Source: Eledone cirrhosa
Lineage: Eukaryota
Assembly: GCA_964016885.1 (NCBI GenBank)
Contig: OZ024747.1
Location: 12,958,001 to 13,022,000, forward strand
Length of the DNA stretch: 64,000 bases
Direction: 5' to 3'
Positions 43,093-59,456 of the stretch are shown here, piece by piece. Position numbers and translations under genes: made by a program. The notes under the pieces are model-generated. The model was not told the origin of the DNA. It saw only the letters and a program-made list of their open reading frames with translations, and made no database searches. How positions within the stretch are numbered: the first letter of the stretch is position 1; the number at the start of each line of letters is the position of its first letter.

Positions 43093-44095
43093 TATTTACG
43101 TATCGAGAAAGAGAAAAAAAGGGGGGATAGGTGATACATATAGTTATTTGCCAAGTAGCGTATGCCAAGGTGCTCGATACTAGTGCGGCAGTTTTAAATA
43201 TTCGAAGTGTTAATATTTAGTGGGCTAGAGAGTTAGCAGAGCGTTAGCTAGAGAGTTAGCAGAGCGACAGAAACTGCAGCTGCCGCGACCAGAGGACGCT
43301 GCCCCCTTAGAGGATACTGCTTGACTGATAGGGTTATATATAGATGCACTATTACTAGCCACAATAGCGTTAAACATTATATAGGTGCCACCTCCGGCCC
43401 GTTCAAAATTGGGTTTCGAACACATCTCCACTCTTTCACAAATAGAAAACTAAGGCACTCCACTTCGCTCGCGGACTACATCACATCACTAAGGACTCAA
43501 ACATCAGCTTCTCCACGCACTGGGAGATTGTCGGCAGGGCTGCACCGTACAACTTCAAGAGGAAATGCGATCTTTGCCTCATGGAGCTCTACCACATCAT
43601 AACTGCACCCACGAGCTCATCAACAGCAGAGCTGAACAGCAATAAGTTGTACACATCGCTTAAAAATTTCCTTCTTTAGATGGGTTAAGGATGAAGAGTG
43701 AAATAGTACACTGGATCTCCTGCAACAAGTCTTAACACCCCGGCGGGCAGGCGCTGCAAAATAACACCCAGAAAACAATCCTTGCATACCAGACCCAGCC
43801 TCAGACAAACGGATGCGGCAAAAAAAAAAAAAAAAAAAAAAAAAATTACCCGGGAAAGACTGCCCTAACACCGGCCAGAGTTACCTCCCTTGACCTGCTG
43901 CGAAATCAAAACAAGATATTTTTGCGAGCAATGAATCTTGATGTAGATTTAACCCCAAAACTCTTCCGAACTATATATGGAACACTTGTGATTATTTATG
44001 CCCTTGAGAAGCCCAACTGGGCGAAACGTACGTAGGTGATATTTTAAATAAACATGTTTTAACGGTCTATTCTCTGATTTTTACTTTCCCACGTG
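43093..44095 (+). mobile_element. Penelope-like element remnant, Naiad-type GIY-YIG endonuclease (coding remnant about 43270-43679, frameshifted)
   Basis: NCSCRDQRT/CPLRGYC (CxCx5Cx5C linker across a frameshift), VIY...YIG...F..H..SF, KCDLCLME, LINSRAE, ISCTHR; no RT domain present. Confidence 0.88.
43992..44051 (+). ncRNA. Minimal type I hammerhead ribozyme, U3-A8 variant
   Basis: TTGAGAA-GCCC(aact)GGGC-GAAA-cgtacg-TA; palindromic stem III; stem I imperfect; lies where Penelope-like elements carry hammerheads. Confidence 0.72.
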
Positions 44096-44183
44096 TGTAT
44101 ATATATATATATATGTGTGTGTGTATATATATATATGTGTGTATATATAGGGGTAAATATATGTATGTGTGTATACATATATA

Positions 44184-44230
<47 letters not shown>

Positions 44231-44232
<2 letters not shown>

Positions 44233-44530
44233 AGGCACGTGGCTTAGTGGTTAGAGCATTGGCCTTGCAATCGAAAGGTTGCGAGTTCAATTCTCAGAAT
44301 GGGTGATGTGTTGTTTCCTTGAGCAAGACACTTTATTTCACATTGCTCCAGTTTACTCAGCTGTAGAAATGAGATGATAGGGATTGGTGCCATGCAGAAA
44401 AGCACCCCGCACTCACTGTAAATGAGGTTGGTGTTAGGAAGGGCATCCAGCTGTAGAAATCAAGCCAGAATCAGTTCCCGTCCCACCCTCGCAAGCAGGG
44501 AAAAAGCGGACGTAAAATGAAATGAATGAA
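44231..44530 (+). mobile_element. tRNA-derived CORE-type SINE, family B, full length
   Basis: A box tggcttagtggt, B box gagttcaattc, CORE-like ccttgagcaagacactt...cagctgtagaaatgag, RTE-like tail module, (TGAA)n end. Confidence 0.9.
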
Positions 44531-47112
<2,582 letters not shown>

Positions 47113-47625
47113 AGAATTCACAAGAATAAATGCTATGTTCAAAGCATTTATTCACTTACAATTGTTTCATCCAAACCTAGGCTTGGAGTCTTCAGAGCAT
47201 TTTTCAATATTTGTACACATAATTGACCTCCTTTCCAACGCAAGAGACATACAGATACATATGTATATATTTATGTATAGTGGAGTGACATATATTATAT
47301 TATATTATTTCTGTATAGCAATTTAAAATCAAAATCACATTAAAACAAAATCAAATCAAAATCAAAATACAAAATCAAAGCAAAATTAAAATACAAAATC
47401 AAAGTAAAATTAAAATGAAAATACAATCGGCAGTTAACATATATAATGCAAGAGGATAGTTTGTTAGTCAGATGTAGTAGTTATTTTAGTTATTATATGC
47501 GTTAGTTACACGTGGGGCATGCACGTGTGTCTCATTTATATATGATTATTGTGCGGCAGGGTGTTATATGTAATACAAGCACTTTTATATGTTGCCATAT
47601 ATATGTGTGTGTGTATATATATATA

Positions 47626-47672
<47 letters not shown>

Positions 47673-47939
47673 ATATATATATGTGTGTGTATATATATAT
47701 GTGTGTGTATATATATATGTGTGTGTGTATATATATATATGTGTGTGTATATATATATATATGTGTGTGTATATATATATATATGTGTGTGTATATATAT
47801 TTATATGTGTGTGTATATATATTTATATGTGTGTGTATATATATTTATATGTGTGTGTATATATATTTATATGTGTGTGTATATATATTTATATCTGTGT
47901 GTGTATATATATATACATGTGTGTATATATATGTATATA

Positions 47940-47977
<38 letters not shown>

Positions 47978-47978
<1 letters not shown>

Positions 47979-48219
47979 GCAGAGGAGACTGAGGTTAGCT
48001 GGACATGCTCACCGACATCCAGAGTTGACATTGCACTCAGTGCTCCTTTGGGAGCCCCTACATGGACACACTAGAAGAGGAAGACCAAGGTTAACGTATG
48101 TTGATGCCCTAAGGACAGACACTGGTCTGTTGGAGACGCAGGACATGGCAGCGATAATGAGGGACAGAGACCGCTGGAGAGAACTCGTCCATGGATCTCG
48201 GGAATTTTACCCGCCTTAG
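47978..48219 (+). mobile_element. RTE-like LINE C-terminal fragment (second family), preceded by TA/TG array 47597-47977
   Basis: [13 protein letters not shown]...LLWEP...RRGRPRLTYVD...DRDRWR. Confidence 0.88.
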
Positions 48220-50172
48220 AAATATATAAATGCATATGTGTAGGAATGTGTGTACCTTTGTGTGTGTCTGTAACTGCCTGTCGGGTTTTGTTACATATTT
48301 TCAGATCTGTGAAATAAATGGTTGTTCCTTCTGAAAATATCTAAAAACCAGCTTAAAGTAAGCTACAAGCAGATGTTCTATATTTTATTTTTGTTCTTGG
48401 TTTTTACAAATTTGCTGAGCTTTGTGCTTCAATACGTTTATATTGCATCACTGTACATGTGTTTGTCTAACGTATAGTTCAGCTAAACAAACACATACTC
48501 ATATATATATACTCACATATGGCTGGCATCCAAAAAATAACCTATAGGACTAGTGAAAATGACTTAATAGATTTTTAAAGCAATGAATAAGTCTATTAAC
48601 AATAGAGGTAATACAGTCATTGATTTATGTTGCTCTGTTTAGATGCTGAGGGAGTAGTTAAAGCCAATAACAAAACAGTGTTGTCAGTGAGCAAGAGAGG
48701 AAATAGCCGAAACAGCCTTAAACATTTCATTATAATTATACTAATGACTTGAGAGGCACAATGGCTGTAAGGTTAAGGTGATTGACTACTGACAGTATAG
48801 TTATGTTTCAGATCTTACAACTGTCATTGTCTCCTTGAGCAAACTCTCAAATCATGCCGGCTCTAGTTTGACTAATACTCCTTCCTACCAAAAAAGCAAC
48901 AAAAATTAGAAAGCAAAAATTAGCTTCATGGTTGAGTTATTTGCAATAATTGATCGTTCCAATAAATAAACCCTTCCCTACCCTGGATGTAAAAATACTA
49001 AAAACATAAAAACTCTTACATTGAGTGTCCATGTAACAAAGAACTAGATTGTGGCTTTTAGGTAAATATAGTATCTTAGATGTTCTTATCTGACAAATTA
49101 GCTACATCTGTGTAGGAGTAAAATGAGGTGTTGGAATGCAGTTATCTCTGATTCACACCAACCTGTAGATATCAATTTTCTAATCAGATATTGCTAGTAT
49201 TTATCTAAAAATTTAATGCAAACTATTTAATTGGTTTTATATTATTGTGTGAGTTTGGCTTACATACTGAAAACAAGAAGAAATCCGGTGTTAATATCAA
49301 TTTTAAGAGCAGACTGGCGATATGCCATTATACAAAAGACTAGTTCAAACACTGCGACACTAAAAGTAAATGTGGTGAGTCTAGAGACTACAGTGTCTGG
49401 CAATTGAATGGATATAATATAGGGTCTGAAAAGTCTCCTCAGTCTAGGCAATCATGTAAAAACCTCTATAGTGCTGGGGCCAAAATAAAATGCATCTAAT
49501 CCCTTCTGTAAAGTGGTAGTGATGATGCCATGGTAAAATACACCTAGCCTACCCTGTAAAGTAATGGCGTTGGTGACACAATATAAAGCAATTAGTCTAC
49601 TTTGTAAGGTGGTTGTTATTAAGAAGAGCATCTAGCTGTAGAAACCATACTAGATATAGAAAATATGAGCGAGATGTGGTCACCTGACCTGTCTAGCCTT
49701 AGAATGTGACAACCCATCCATCTATGCCCACCTGGAAAGCAAACATAAAACCAAAGATGATAATGACAATGTTCCTTTTGATATACAGTGTTGAGCTGCA
49801 TGAAAAGTAGAGCACAGATGAGTTAAATGAGAGGCTGTGCATTATAAGGAGCAATTGCTGTATGTGAGAGATGTTGCTATGCTGGTATTGACATGTGATG
49901 CTGTCTGAACAGATTCCGAGTTCTGTCAATAGAGAATGCCTCTAATAGAGAAAGAGTGGGAAGAAGTAATGAGGTTATATCTGAAGATATTGATCCCCAC
50001 AGATGAAATTATGAAACAGTGACAATTGGTAATATGCTGTGTAGCAGACCTACCCAATCCATGCCAGCACACAGAGAAAAGAAGGTTTAAGTAATGATAA
50101 TGGTGATAGTAAATTAATCTGTTACTATTTTTTGAATTTATGAAATTTCTATTTTTATTGTTCAAAGGTAGC

Positions 50173-50497
50173 TTATTCATTTCATTTTACGTCCGCTTTT
50201 CCCTGCTTGCAAGGGTGGGACGGGAACTGATTCTGGCTTGATTTCTACAGCTGGATGCCCTTCCTAACACCAACCTCATTTACAGTGAGTGCTGGGTGCT
50301 TTTTTTGCTGTGGCACGTCCACTTTGCAGTGAAATGATAGGGTCCCTATCATCTCATTTCTACAGCTGAGTAAACTGGAGCAATGTGAAATAAAGTGTCT
50401 TGCTCAAGGAAACAACACATCACCCGGTCTGAGAATTGAACTCACAACCTTTCGATTGCAAGACCAATGCTCTAACCACTAAGCCATGTGATTCCAC
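50173..50497 (-). mobile_element. CORE-type SINE, family B, full length
   Basis: Reverse complement of 44231-44530. Confidence 0.9.
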
Positions 50498-50694
50498 TTA
50501 TATAAGATATATTATTAACAGGAAAGTTAGGGTGGTGGATTTGTAGAGCATCGGACATCATGCTTTGCTGCATATAGTTATGGCTCTTTATGTTCTGATT
50601 TCAAATCCTGCTGAGGTTAAGATTGCCTTTTATCCTTATTGGGTTGATAAAATAAAATAGAAATAATGCAGAGATGCATGATGCACTTCTGCAT

Positions 50695-50830
50695 GAAATT
50701 TCTGTCTACCAAATTCCACTCACAAAGTATTGGTGAGCTTGAGGCTATAGCAGGAAACACTTACCGAAGGTGCCATGCAGTAGATATGAACTCAGAACAT
50801 ACGGTTGTGAAGTGAACCCCTTAGCCACAC
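50695..50830 (-). mobile_element. Degenerate tRNA-derived SINE of a third type
   Basis: Minus strand gtgtggctaag...gagttcata...tggcaccttcggtaagtgtt...ctatagcctc...gtgagtggaatttggtagacagaaa. Confidence 0.6.
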
Positions 50831-53800
50831 AAACAAAAACAAAACAAAACAAAATAACGAGAATTTGTTGGGTGGGGGTTAGTAATATAATTGTCTCATT
50901 ATTAAGTTGGTTTTGGGGTTATAACAAAGGTTCTTTTATGATGGAAGGCTTTCATTATTATATGAACATTTTAAAACAAGCAAATTTGTATTGTATTATA
51001 AAACAATGGGTGATTTCCAATGGGTTGGTATCGTATGGGTTAATCACATGAATTGGAGATACTAAAAGACTATTGCAGGAATAATTTTGTAATTATCATT
51101 GTCAATTGACTTTAAACAGATTGGTATTTTATAACCACCTGCATTCATTCTGGTTATTTCTATTTAAATGATTAATGTACCTGAATCTACATGCAAGTAT
51201 TATATGTTGAGATGGAATAGGTTCTAATAAACATAAGAGATCTAAACTATAAGGTTTAAGGAAACAATAGAGATTTTCTATATAAAGATCTCCTCCTCAG
51301 CAACCATTGGGTAAATATTCCTCCATTTTGTTTTTGTAAAGAATTTCTGTAATAATATTTTTTATTGATGATTTAAAGATCATTTTGAAATACTTTGCAT
51401 TAAATATTGAACCTTTTATATTTAGTTTCCTTTGTTTTTAGCTCTGCTATCTTCATAGAAAAAATTTACAATGATTGTTAGAATTTATTTTGTAATATTT
51501 AGGTCCCATAGCAAATTAAAATATAATTTAGAATGGAAAGATTGATGAGTAATCGTGTTTGCCCTCTTCTCATTCCATTTAATCTAAATCTTGGATCAAT
51601 ACTAGTTGAATATTTTAACAACTGTTAAATGAATCGATCGTTGGACGACACTTCAAATGGACAAATTAACAAGAAATTGTTCATTTGAATTTTTGAAATT
51701 GTTTCGTCTTACTTTTTACAGATATGTTAAAATTTTATTTTTTTAGTTATATGTTTTTTTTTGTTTTTTTTTACTATTGTTAAAGGAAAAAAGTTATTCA
51801 ACCATGAATAATAGAAATATTAAATTATAATTTGTACAAAAAATTATTAGCAACTTATTACAATGGTTCTAAAAACAACTTAGCAAATATGAAAATAGAA
51901 AAAAAAAAAAAAAAAAATTATCAGAAGTTTATTAAGACAATATTAAAAAAGAAATATTTTCAATTAGGAAAAAAATATCAGATCAAATTTCCTTCCTTTT
52001 TTTTTTGTTGTGTATTAAAATCCTTATAAAATTTGTGATTACCTGCTGAAATCTAAATTTGTGTGCTGTGAATGTATGCGCACTTGCATGCATGCATGCT
52101 AAATGAGAATAACTTCAAAGAACCAAAAACACTTTTTCAGCTAATTTTCTTCTGAGTCAGGAACGAGCATGAGAAGCTGGCAGACAATTTAGAAGCTCAG
52201 ATATGTCAATGTGGAATTGAGAAAGAAAACTTACAATTCCAAATACTTGTATATACTGCTACTGCTATTCTGTACATATTCTTTTCTTCTTCTTCCCATT
52301 TTCATGCCTGTAATATCTAGTATATTTTTCTGATGATTTGATTTGATAGCAGATCAAATAAAACTATTGGTTTTGGTCTTAAACAAATATTCAGTTAATC
52401 TATTTTGGGTCACCTGCAGCTATGATTATGATTTTTCTGCTTTATCTCTGAAGCATATAAAATTGTAACCATTCTCTTCCTCTTACCCTTTTTCTCTCTC
52501 TATTCTCTGAAAGTGTGTGTGAGAGAGAGAGATAGAGGCAGGCATAGAAAGAGAGGCAGAGAAAGAGAGACATAGAAAGAGAGGAGAGAGAGAACGAAGG
52601 ATATATAAATATATATATAGAGAGAGAGAAAGAAGGAGATATTGTAAGAGAGAGAGAGAGGGGGGCACAGAGAAGGAGAGGTAGAGAGCGTGCAAGAGAG
52701 AGAGAATGTGTTAAGAGGTGTAAGAGTTAACTAAATAATTAGTCACTATGTCATTATTTCAACAATGAATAGCGTTTAGTAAAACTAAGCAAAGATATAT
52801 ACCCTTGATATAACATTTCTGACAATGAATCTTAAAACAATTTTAACTTACATTTCTGCCATATTTTTATTAAATTCCTGAGTTTATTTTGGAGACATTA
52901 TCTTAATTGCAATATGGCTAGTGCAGCAGACATCACTGGCTGTTCACTACAGCATCACTTTTGCTATCTTATTCATAGGACATAACTGTAATATCCCACC
53001 CAGGGTACAGTTTGACCTCTCGCTTTCCCCTTCCTTCTTTTTCATTATTTAATGTTTTTCTCCTGCTTCTTTTTCTCTATTTTCTCCCTTCCTGTTTATT
53101 TTAACCGTTTTTTTTGTTATTTTTACAATACTTTCATCATTGTATACTTCTGTTCAACAATAAATTATATTATACAAAAAATTGCATAATAGTTTCATAA
53201 ATAAACAGCAAATTCCAAAATTTACAAGGAAGGAAAAGGATTTTCTCAATAGAAACAAAAAACAAACTAAGCTGTGGATTTAGTTTTCTGAGAATGCTCC
53301 AAGAATTCAAATTTGTTGCAATATCTTCATACCCCACCCTTGCAAAATTTAGTTTGGTTTGCAATAAATCCTCTTTCCAGCCTACAACATACCTTCTATA
53401 AACCCCAAATGGTTTCAAGTGTGACCTAATTACTTCTGTCCAAGATATCTCTAGTTTACCTTTATCAAAACACATCCAACACTCTCCACTATCAATTGAC
53501 AGCATATTTCTACCAATGTCTCAACCCTTTCAATACCAGTTTGCATGAGACCGCCCATGATTAAATCTCTCATTTTAAATTGTTTATATTCAAATTAAAA
53601 CTTTCCTTCATAATTTTAAGTAAAACTGTTTTGTGTTCTAATAATGAGAAATTTTTATATTACTAAATTCATCTAAATTTTTGGTTATCTTCAAAATTAT
53701 TTGAGACAGATAGTTATGTGGTTAAGTAGTTCAGTTATCCCTCCTCCTTCAGTGAAGATTGCCTACAATTTTGATGCCCAGTCATTTTCTCAACTCACTT

Positions 53801-53890
53801 GCACTCAGTCGTTCTCAGAAATCAGAGAAAACATTTGTTGTGAATATTGAATATAAAGTTAAGAGAAGTTATTATATGTAAAGAATATAT

Positions 53891-53998
53891 AATTGTTTAT
53901 ACTTTTGGCACAAGGCCAGCAATTACCCAGTACATTACTGGTACTTTATTTTATTGACCCCGTAAGGATGAAAGGCAAAGTTAACCTCGGCGGGATTT
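53891..53998 (-). mobile_element. 5'-truncated young Meta-domain SINE
   Basis: Near-identical to 59684-59790. Confidence 0.88.
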
Positions 53999-54606
53999 GT
54001 AAAGAATATATAATGTGAATAACTTAGCTGAAGCGTCGTAAATTTGTCTGTTTGAGTGACACTCTGATCTCTTCCTCCTCTTTAGAGTGACTGATTTAGT
54101 GTCAGAATACAGAAGTAACTGGAAACTGATAAGTTCATTTAATTGCTTGTAGAACTGAAATTGAATCTGCTTGCACAATAATGACTGAATGAATGGAAAA
54201 TGGAAATAAATTTTGATAAAACTTTGATAGCATTTATCTACATCACATCAACATTGTTTTCTTTGAACATTGTATTAGAAATTTCATTGCAAGTCTTTTA
54301 ATATTTTTTTATCATTATTATATTTGTCTAGAAAGTTGTAATATGATAATTTACAGTTATATACCAGAATTTTATGGCAGACAATGCTAAAACACTTGTT
54401 AAAATCTTGAGCTATTTCAGAGAATAATGAAAGTCTTTCGTTTTCATAATCATATGTGTTATAGGGTTCCACGAACCAATGTTAGTATCACTGTAAATGG
54501 CTACCATTTATATTCTGTCTGTCTGTAATAATTTTAGTGATACTAGTGTATAGTTTACCGTTTCTCACAATAGATATAATCCTACCATAGCTAATAACTA
54601 TAATAT

Positions 54607-55002
54607 ACCCGTCCAGACCCATGCTAGCATGGAAAATGGACGTTAAACGATGATGATGATGATGATTTGTGTTTATGTGTGTGTTAATGCGTGTATATGG
54701 GTATGTCAGTGTGTGTATACATACATGTATGTATGTATATGTCCACAGGTGTGTATTATTGTGCATATGTGTCAGTGTATGTATATGTACATGTGTGTGT
54801 CAGTGTATATATGTGCATGTGTGTGTGTGTGTGTGTGTGCCACTGTGTACATGTGAGTGTGTGTATGTGTGTATATGTACACTTGTGTGCCACTATGTAT
54901 ATATGTATGTGTGCCAGTGTGTGTGTATATGTGCACGTGTGTGTATGACAGCGTATATATATGCATGTGTGTGTGCCTGCGTATATGTGCATGTGTGTAT
55001 GT
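54607..55002 (+). repeat. GAT-tailed retroelement end followed by TG-rich microsatellite
   Basis: cccatgctagcatggaaaatggacgttaaac(gat)n then (TG/TA)n. Confidence 0.88.
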
Positions 55003-55142
55003 TGCTATAATGTGATGAAACTTAGCATTAAAATCTCTAACAGTTTGCATAAAATGTTTTATTTTTTTTCTCCTAGAATCACTTGATCAGATTTTTTTTT
55101 ATTTGCCACTGAAATAATTATATGAATATAACTTTAAATTTA

Positions 55143-55450
55143 TGGCAGTTGATTAGCAGTCTCATTAAAGTGTGGGACAAAATGTCTTGTATTATTTAGC
55201 TACAACATGCTTTGCAGCATAGTTATAGCCCTTTACATTCTGAGTTCAAATCCCACCGAGGTTAGCTTTGCTTTTCATCCTTACTGGGGTCGATTTAATC
55301 GACTTTCCCGTCCCCCTCAAATTGCTGGCCTTGTGCCTAAAGTAGAAACAATTATTTATATTCCAAGTTCAAATTCTGCTAAGGTCAAAATTGCTTTTCA
55401 TTCTTCAGAGGGGAGACAAAGTAAAATACCAGTAAGGTACTGGGGTGATT
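55143..55450 (+). mobile_element. Nested or fragmented Meta-domain SINEs
   Basis: A younger partial copy (55206-55355) appears to interrupt an older one. Confidence 0.65.
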
Positions 55451-57052
55451 GAATATTCCTATATTGCATCTAATATGTAAATGGAATTATAATAAATGAC
55501 AAGCCCTTACTAGCATCACTTTTCTATTCTACTTATGTAGCCTTGTAGCTCTGATTCCTCTCTGTGCAATATGAAATAGAAGTGGCCAAGTTATAGTACC
55601 AAATGTTGTCTCAATATATATCTGTTGAAGTGAAAATACTAAGATCCTTGTGAAAAATAACAAATATATAACGGCTTGCTGAATACAAGCTAAAACAGTT
55701 TGTAATTGCAGTCAGGTTTTTACCTTCCTCTATACCCACTTTACTTCTTCCCATCATGCATTGAGTACTCCCCTGATTTTTGGTCTCCTTGGTTTCAGCA
55801 CCACAGACTCTCTCTCTCTATCTCTCTCATATATATAATTTCTAATATTCTTAGCAAGATTATATACACACACACACAAAAGGGAACTGTCCTTCCTCCT
55901 TAGAATAAACCATAAATAAATAAATGACATATTTTATCAGTCAAAAGTATCAAAATCTTGACTCCTGTAGAATTTGATCTTCTGTGTATAACATTGCAAT
56001 AGATACCACAGCACGAGTTATCCTCAATCTCGGAAAGAATAGTGAAATTTATTATATGAAAGAAGACTGTCCTTACATAGCGTAAAATAATCAATACAAT
56101 TTTACATGTATGAATGTGATATAATGCCAGCAATGGCCACAGTGTTGTGCATTTTTTGCTGCATTTATAATTGACTTGACAACAAGGGAAAAGAAAAGTA
56201 AATATGGTTGAATGTATTAATGTTCTATTGCAGAATTTACTCAAAATAAGTTTGAAACTTTGTTGAAATTAAAGATTCCCTCTACCCTGTCCCCATAAAG
56301 TGAAGTGAAGTGACTGAGCAGTAGAAAGATCTTTCATTAACACTATATTGCTATAGTGTAATATTTGCTATTCATGACAGAATAAATGTTATATCTAACG
56401 AGTCAAAATAATAAAGTTTGGTGCTTTTATTCTTTTAAACATTTTCTTCCTTCTTCTTTGTCATTGTGTGAGAAGATTTTTCAATTGATAAATTTCACAT
56501 TGTTCTGTGGCTGTCATTCTTTCTGGTTTTACATAGGAGGAACCATAAGTTGAATAAATATTTCTTTGTGTCTCTTAGATTTTGGGTTGGATTTTTGACA
56601 TTATATTCTTCAATTTTGGAATGTAGAAATCTATCTTAACCTGATTTATTTCAAAAGAATAATATATAATATTTTTTTTATCTGTCATTGAATGTTGAAA
56701 CAGAAAAGACATCTTAATTCTTCAATTGTGTTTGGAATATGAAATAGTTTTCTTTATTCAAGATGTTGTCTATTTCAGAATTTGTTTTCTTGCTGATATT
56801 ATATGGTAAGGCTAACATGTTAGATCTTTAACGGATAATTTTAGCAAGCGGATTGGTTAACAAATATCATTTCTGAATTTATGCCATAGCCTGGTACTAC
56901 TTAATTCTTAAGGCCCTGTACTGCATGGAACCACATTTATACATGCTAGTCTCCCTCTCTACATCACTGATGTTATTCTCTTCCAAAACTCAGGTTATAC
57001 ACAATGGATACTAAAACCTGAAATATTTACATGTATTTATCTACATTATATT

Positions 57053-57232
57053 TGGCCGTATCGGTAGAGGGTCGGACACCATGCTTTGACGCATAGAGTT
57101 ACGGTCCTTGCTATTCTGAGTTCAAATCCCGCCGAGGTTAACTTTGCCTTTCATCCTTACGGGGTCAATAAAATAAAGTACCAGTAATGCACTGGATAAT
57201 TGCTGGCCTTGTGCCAAAAGTAAAAACAATTA
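57053..57232 (+). mobile_element. Young Meta-domain SINE
   Basis: Near-identical to 60836-61016. Confidence 0.92.
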
Positions 57233-57690
57233 TATTTATGAAGGATTGTTTATACTGTAAATTTTAAATTTGACTGTTAAAATAAAACTTATAATAATCA
57301 TAACTAGTTGAACCAGTGAAAATTCCATTGTTTAATTAAAAACAACAACCAAGTATTAAAGATCAATATAACATTTTAACAAACATTGTGTATACATAGT
57401 TGATCTCTTGAACTTTTACAAAGTACTGAGGAGATAAAGTTGATATAAAGAATGCTGTACTTATGTACAGAGATGCTATAGAATAGCTTATAAAATAAGG
57501 TGAAACCCTTAAAGGTGGAAAACAAAGTTGCCAACAGCTGAGGGCAATTTCTTTTTCCATCGTCCTCACCCTTTTATATAAACATCTTTTATATAGCATC
57601 TTTGTGAATGAGACACCATTCGTTGTATTTTAAATGTTTTATTTATAAGTTATATAAATAGATAATTTGTGAAGTACTTAAATACACACT

Positions 57691-57760
<70 letters not shown>

Positions 57761-58025
57761 TTCGATATGTCTCATATGAAATAATACAGCCAATTTTCCA
57801 CGCAATACATTTAGTTAGCACCCCGAACGCTTAATTAGGAATATACTCACTTATTTCCTAATGTTTGTTGAGTGAGTTGGAATTTGGCCGGAGTATCGCT
57901 AAAAGCTTTCTCTGATAATGTATTTATATATATATATATATATATATATACCCCCCCCACTCTCAAACGTGACCCTAATACCAACACTGTTCATCACTGC
58001 ACTCCTTGTTATTGTTTTTCACTTT

Positions 58026-58072
<47 letters not shown>

Positions 58073-58880
58073 AAACAAAATAAATTGTTATAAATTTAAT
58101 AAACGACTGAAACTACCAAAAATAGAATATTTTATAATTTGAAAATTATTCCATCCTCCCCCTATCTCACTCTTACATTGTCCTTTCTATACTTGTTACA
58201 GTGTGGGATTTTAGTGTTGTTGTTGCCACAAACACATCAACTACTGCTCCCCCCCTCTCTCTCCCCACCCCCGCTATCTCTCACCCACACACCCCCTCTT
58301 TCTCCTTTCTAGCATGACAAACTTTTTACACCACAGAAAGACCACTTCTAATATAGCAGATGCTGTGTAACACAACAATAAACTGATATATAGAATAGTG
58401 AGAATATTACCTGAGAATAAAGGATATCATGCAACATCAGCTTGCTTACATGTTTAAGAGTTAAAACTGAAACATCAGCTATAATGCAGCAACAGTCTAT
58501 GAGTAGTAGTATTGCAGAGCCAGTTGTACCAGCATGGGAATTACAAATGTAGCATTTTTCATGATGTGATGGTAATATAGAAACAAAGATTAAGCTGAAA
58601 TCCCCTTCAACCTACATCTTTAATATTTAGTGGGGTGATAGTTACATATTTTATTCTGAACCTACTATGATAGTACTTGGAAATAGTTGAGGTTAAATTT
58701 TAGGATTTTTTTTTATTTATGGCTTCTATAGGACTAAAACTGTTTCATTCATTCAAAATCACCAGGAAAGATGATTTTAAACAAATGTTTAAGTAAATGT
58801 TCAGTAAATGTTTTCAGTGACTAATATTGTTTATTTCAATCACTACCTAACTTTTTACAATACTTCCTTCACTGTATTAA

Positions 58881-59101
58881 CCCTTTAGCATTTAAACCGG
58901 CCGTATCCGGCCAGAATTATCTCACCCTTTTCTGTTGAAACTGGCCATAACTGGCTGCTCAAACTGATGTTAAGGTATTGTTCTCAAAATAAATAACATC
59001 AAAATCTCGTAGATTCAATATTATGTGAGATAATTATGTACGATAAAGCTTTTACCACAAAAATACAATAGTAAATATAGAGTAATGTAAATGCTAAAGG
59101 G
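58881..59101. mobile_element. piggyBac-like MITE (221 bp), intact
   Basis: TTAA|ccctttagcattta...taaatgctaaaggg|TTAA: perfect 14-bp TIRs and TTAA duplication. Confidence 0.92.
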
Positions 59102-59456
59102 TTAAATATGTTAACACTATTACATGGTTAATGTTTAGTTTGAAGTTTTGATTGATAGAGTTGAGTGGAAAATAAGGGCAAGAGAAAGGCTGTACTTCTG
59201 AGACTGGTGGGAGGGAGAGAAATATCTTCAAATCAGAGACCTGGTTTAACAGAGTGGACATCACTGAAGGCTGCCAAAGTGTTGTTAAATTGGGTGAAGG
59301 ATTATATCTACTACATAAGATGTAATTCCAACCACAAGAAAAAAACACAAAATCATCTGATTTAAAGTTTGAAACCATATCAATTTGTTTGAACAAGCAG
59401 TAAGGCTTCTTCCAAATCACTCAAACCTGCTTCAACTCCTATAAATTCTTTAATAT

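Noticed and set aside
43680-43990. SECIS element after the Naiad endonuclease
   Set aside because: No in-frame TGA at Cys positions, and the ATGA-containing stems are too short for SECIS geometry
44231-44305. tRNA genes at SINE heads
   Set aside because: A and B boxes are present but the cloverleaf is incomplete and the sequence continues into SINE bodies
53170-59420. Short ORFs at 53170, 53981, 54284, 55900, 57363, 59094 and 59165 as host exons
   Set aside because: No recognisable domains or consistent splice-phase chain; 53170-53505 at most faintly resembles a decayed RTE C-terminus
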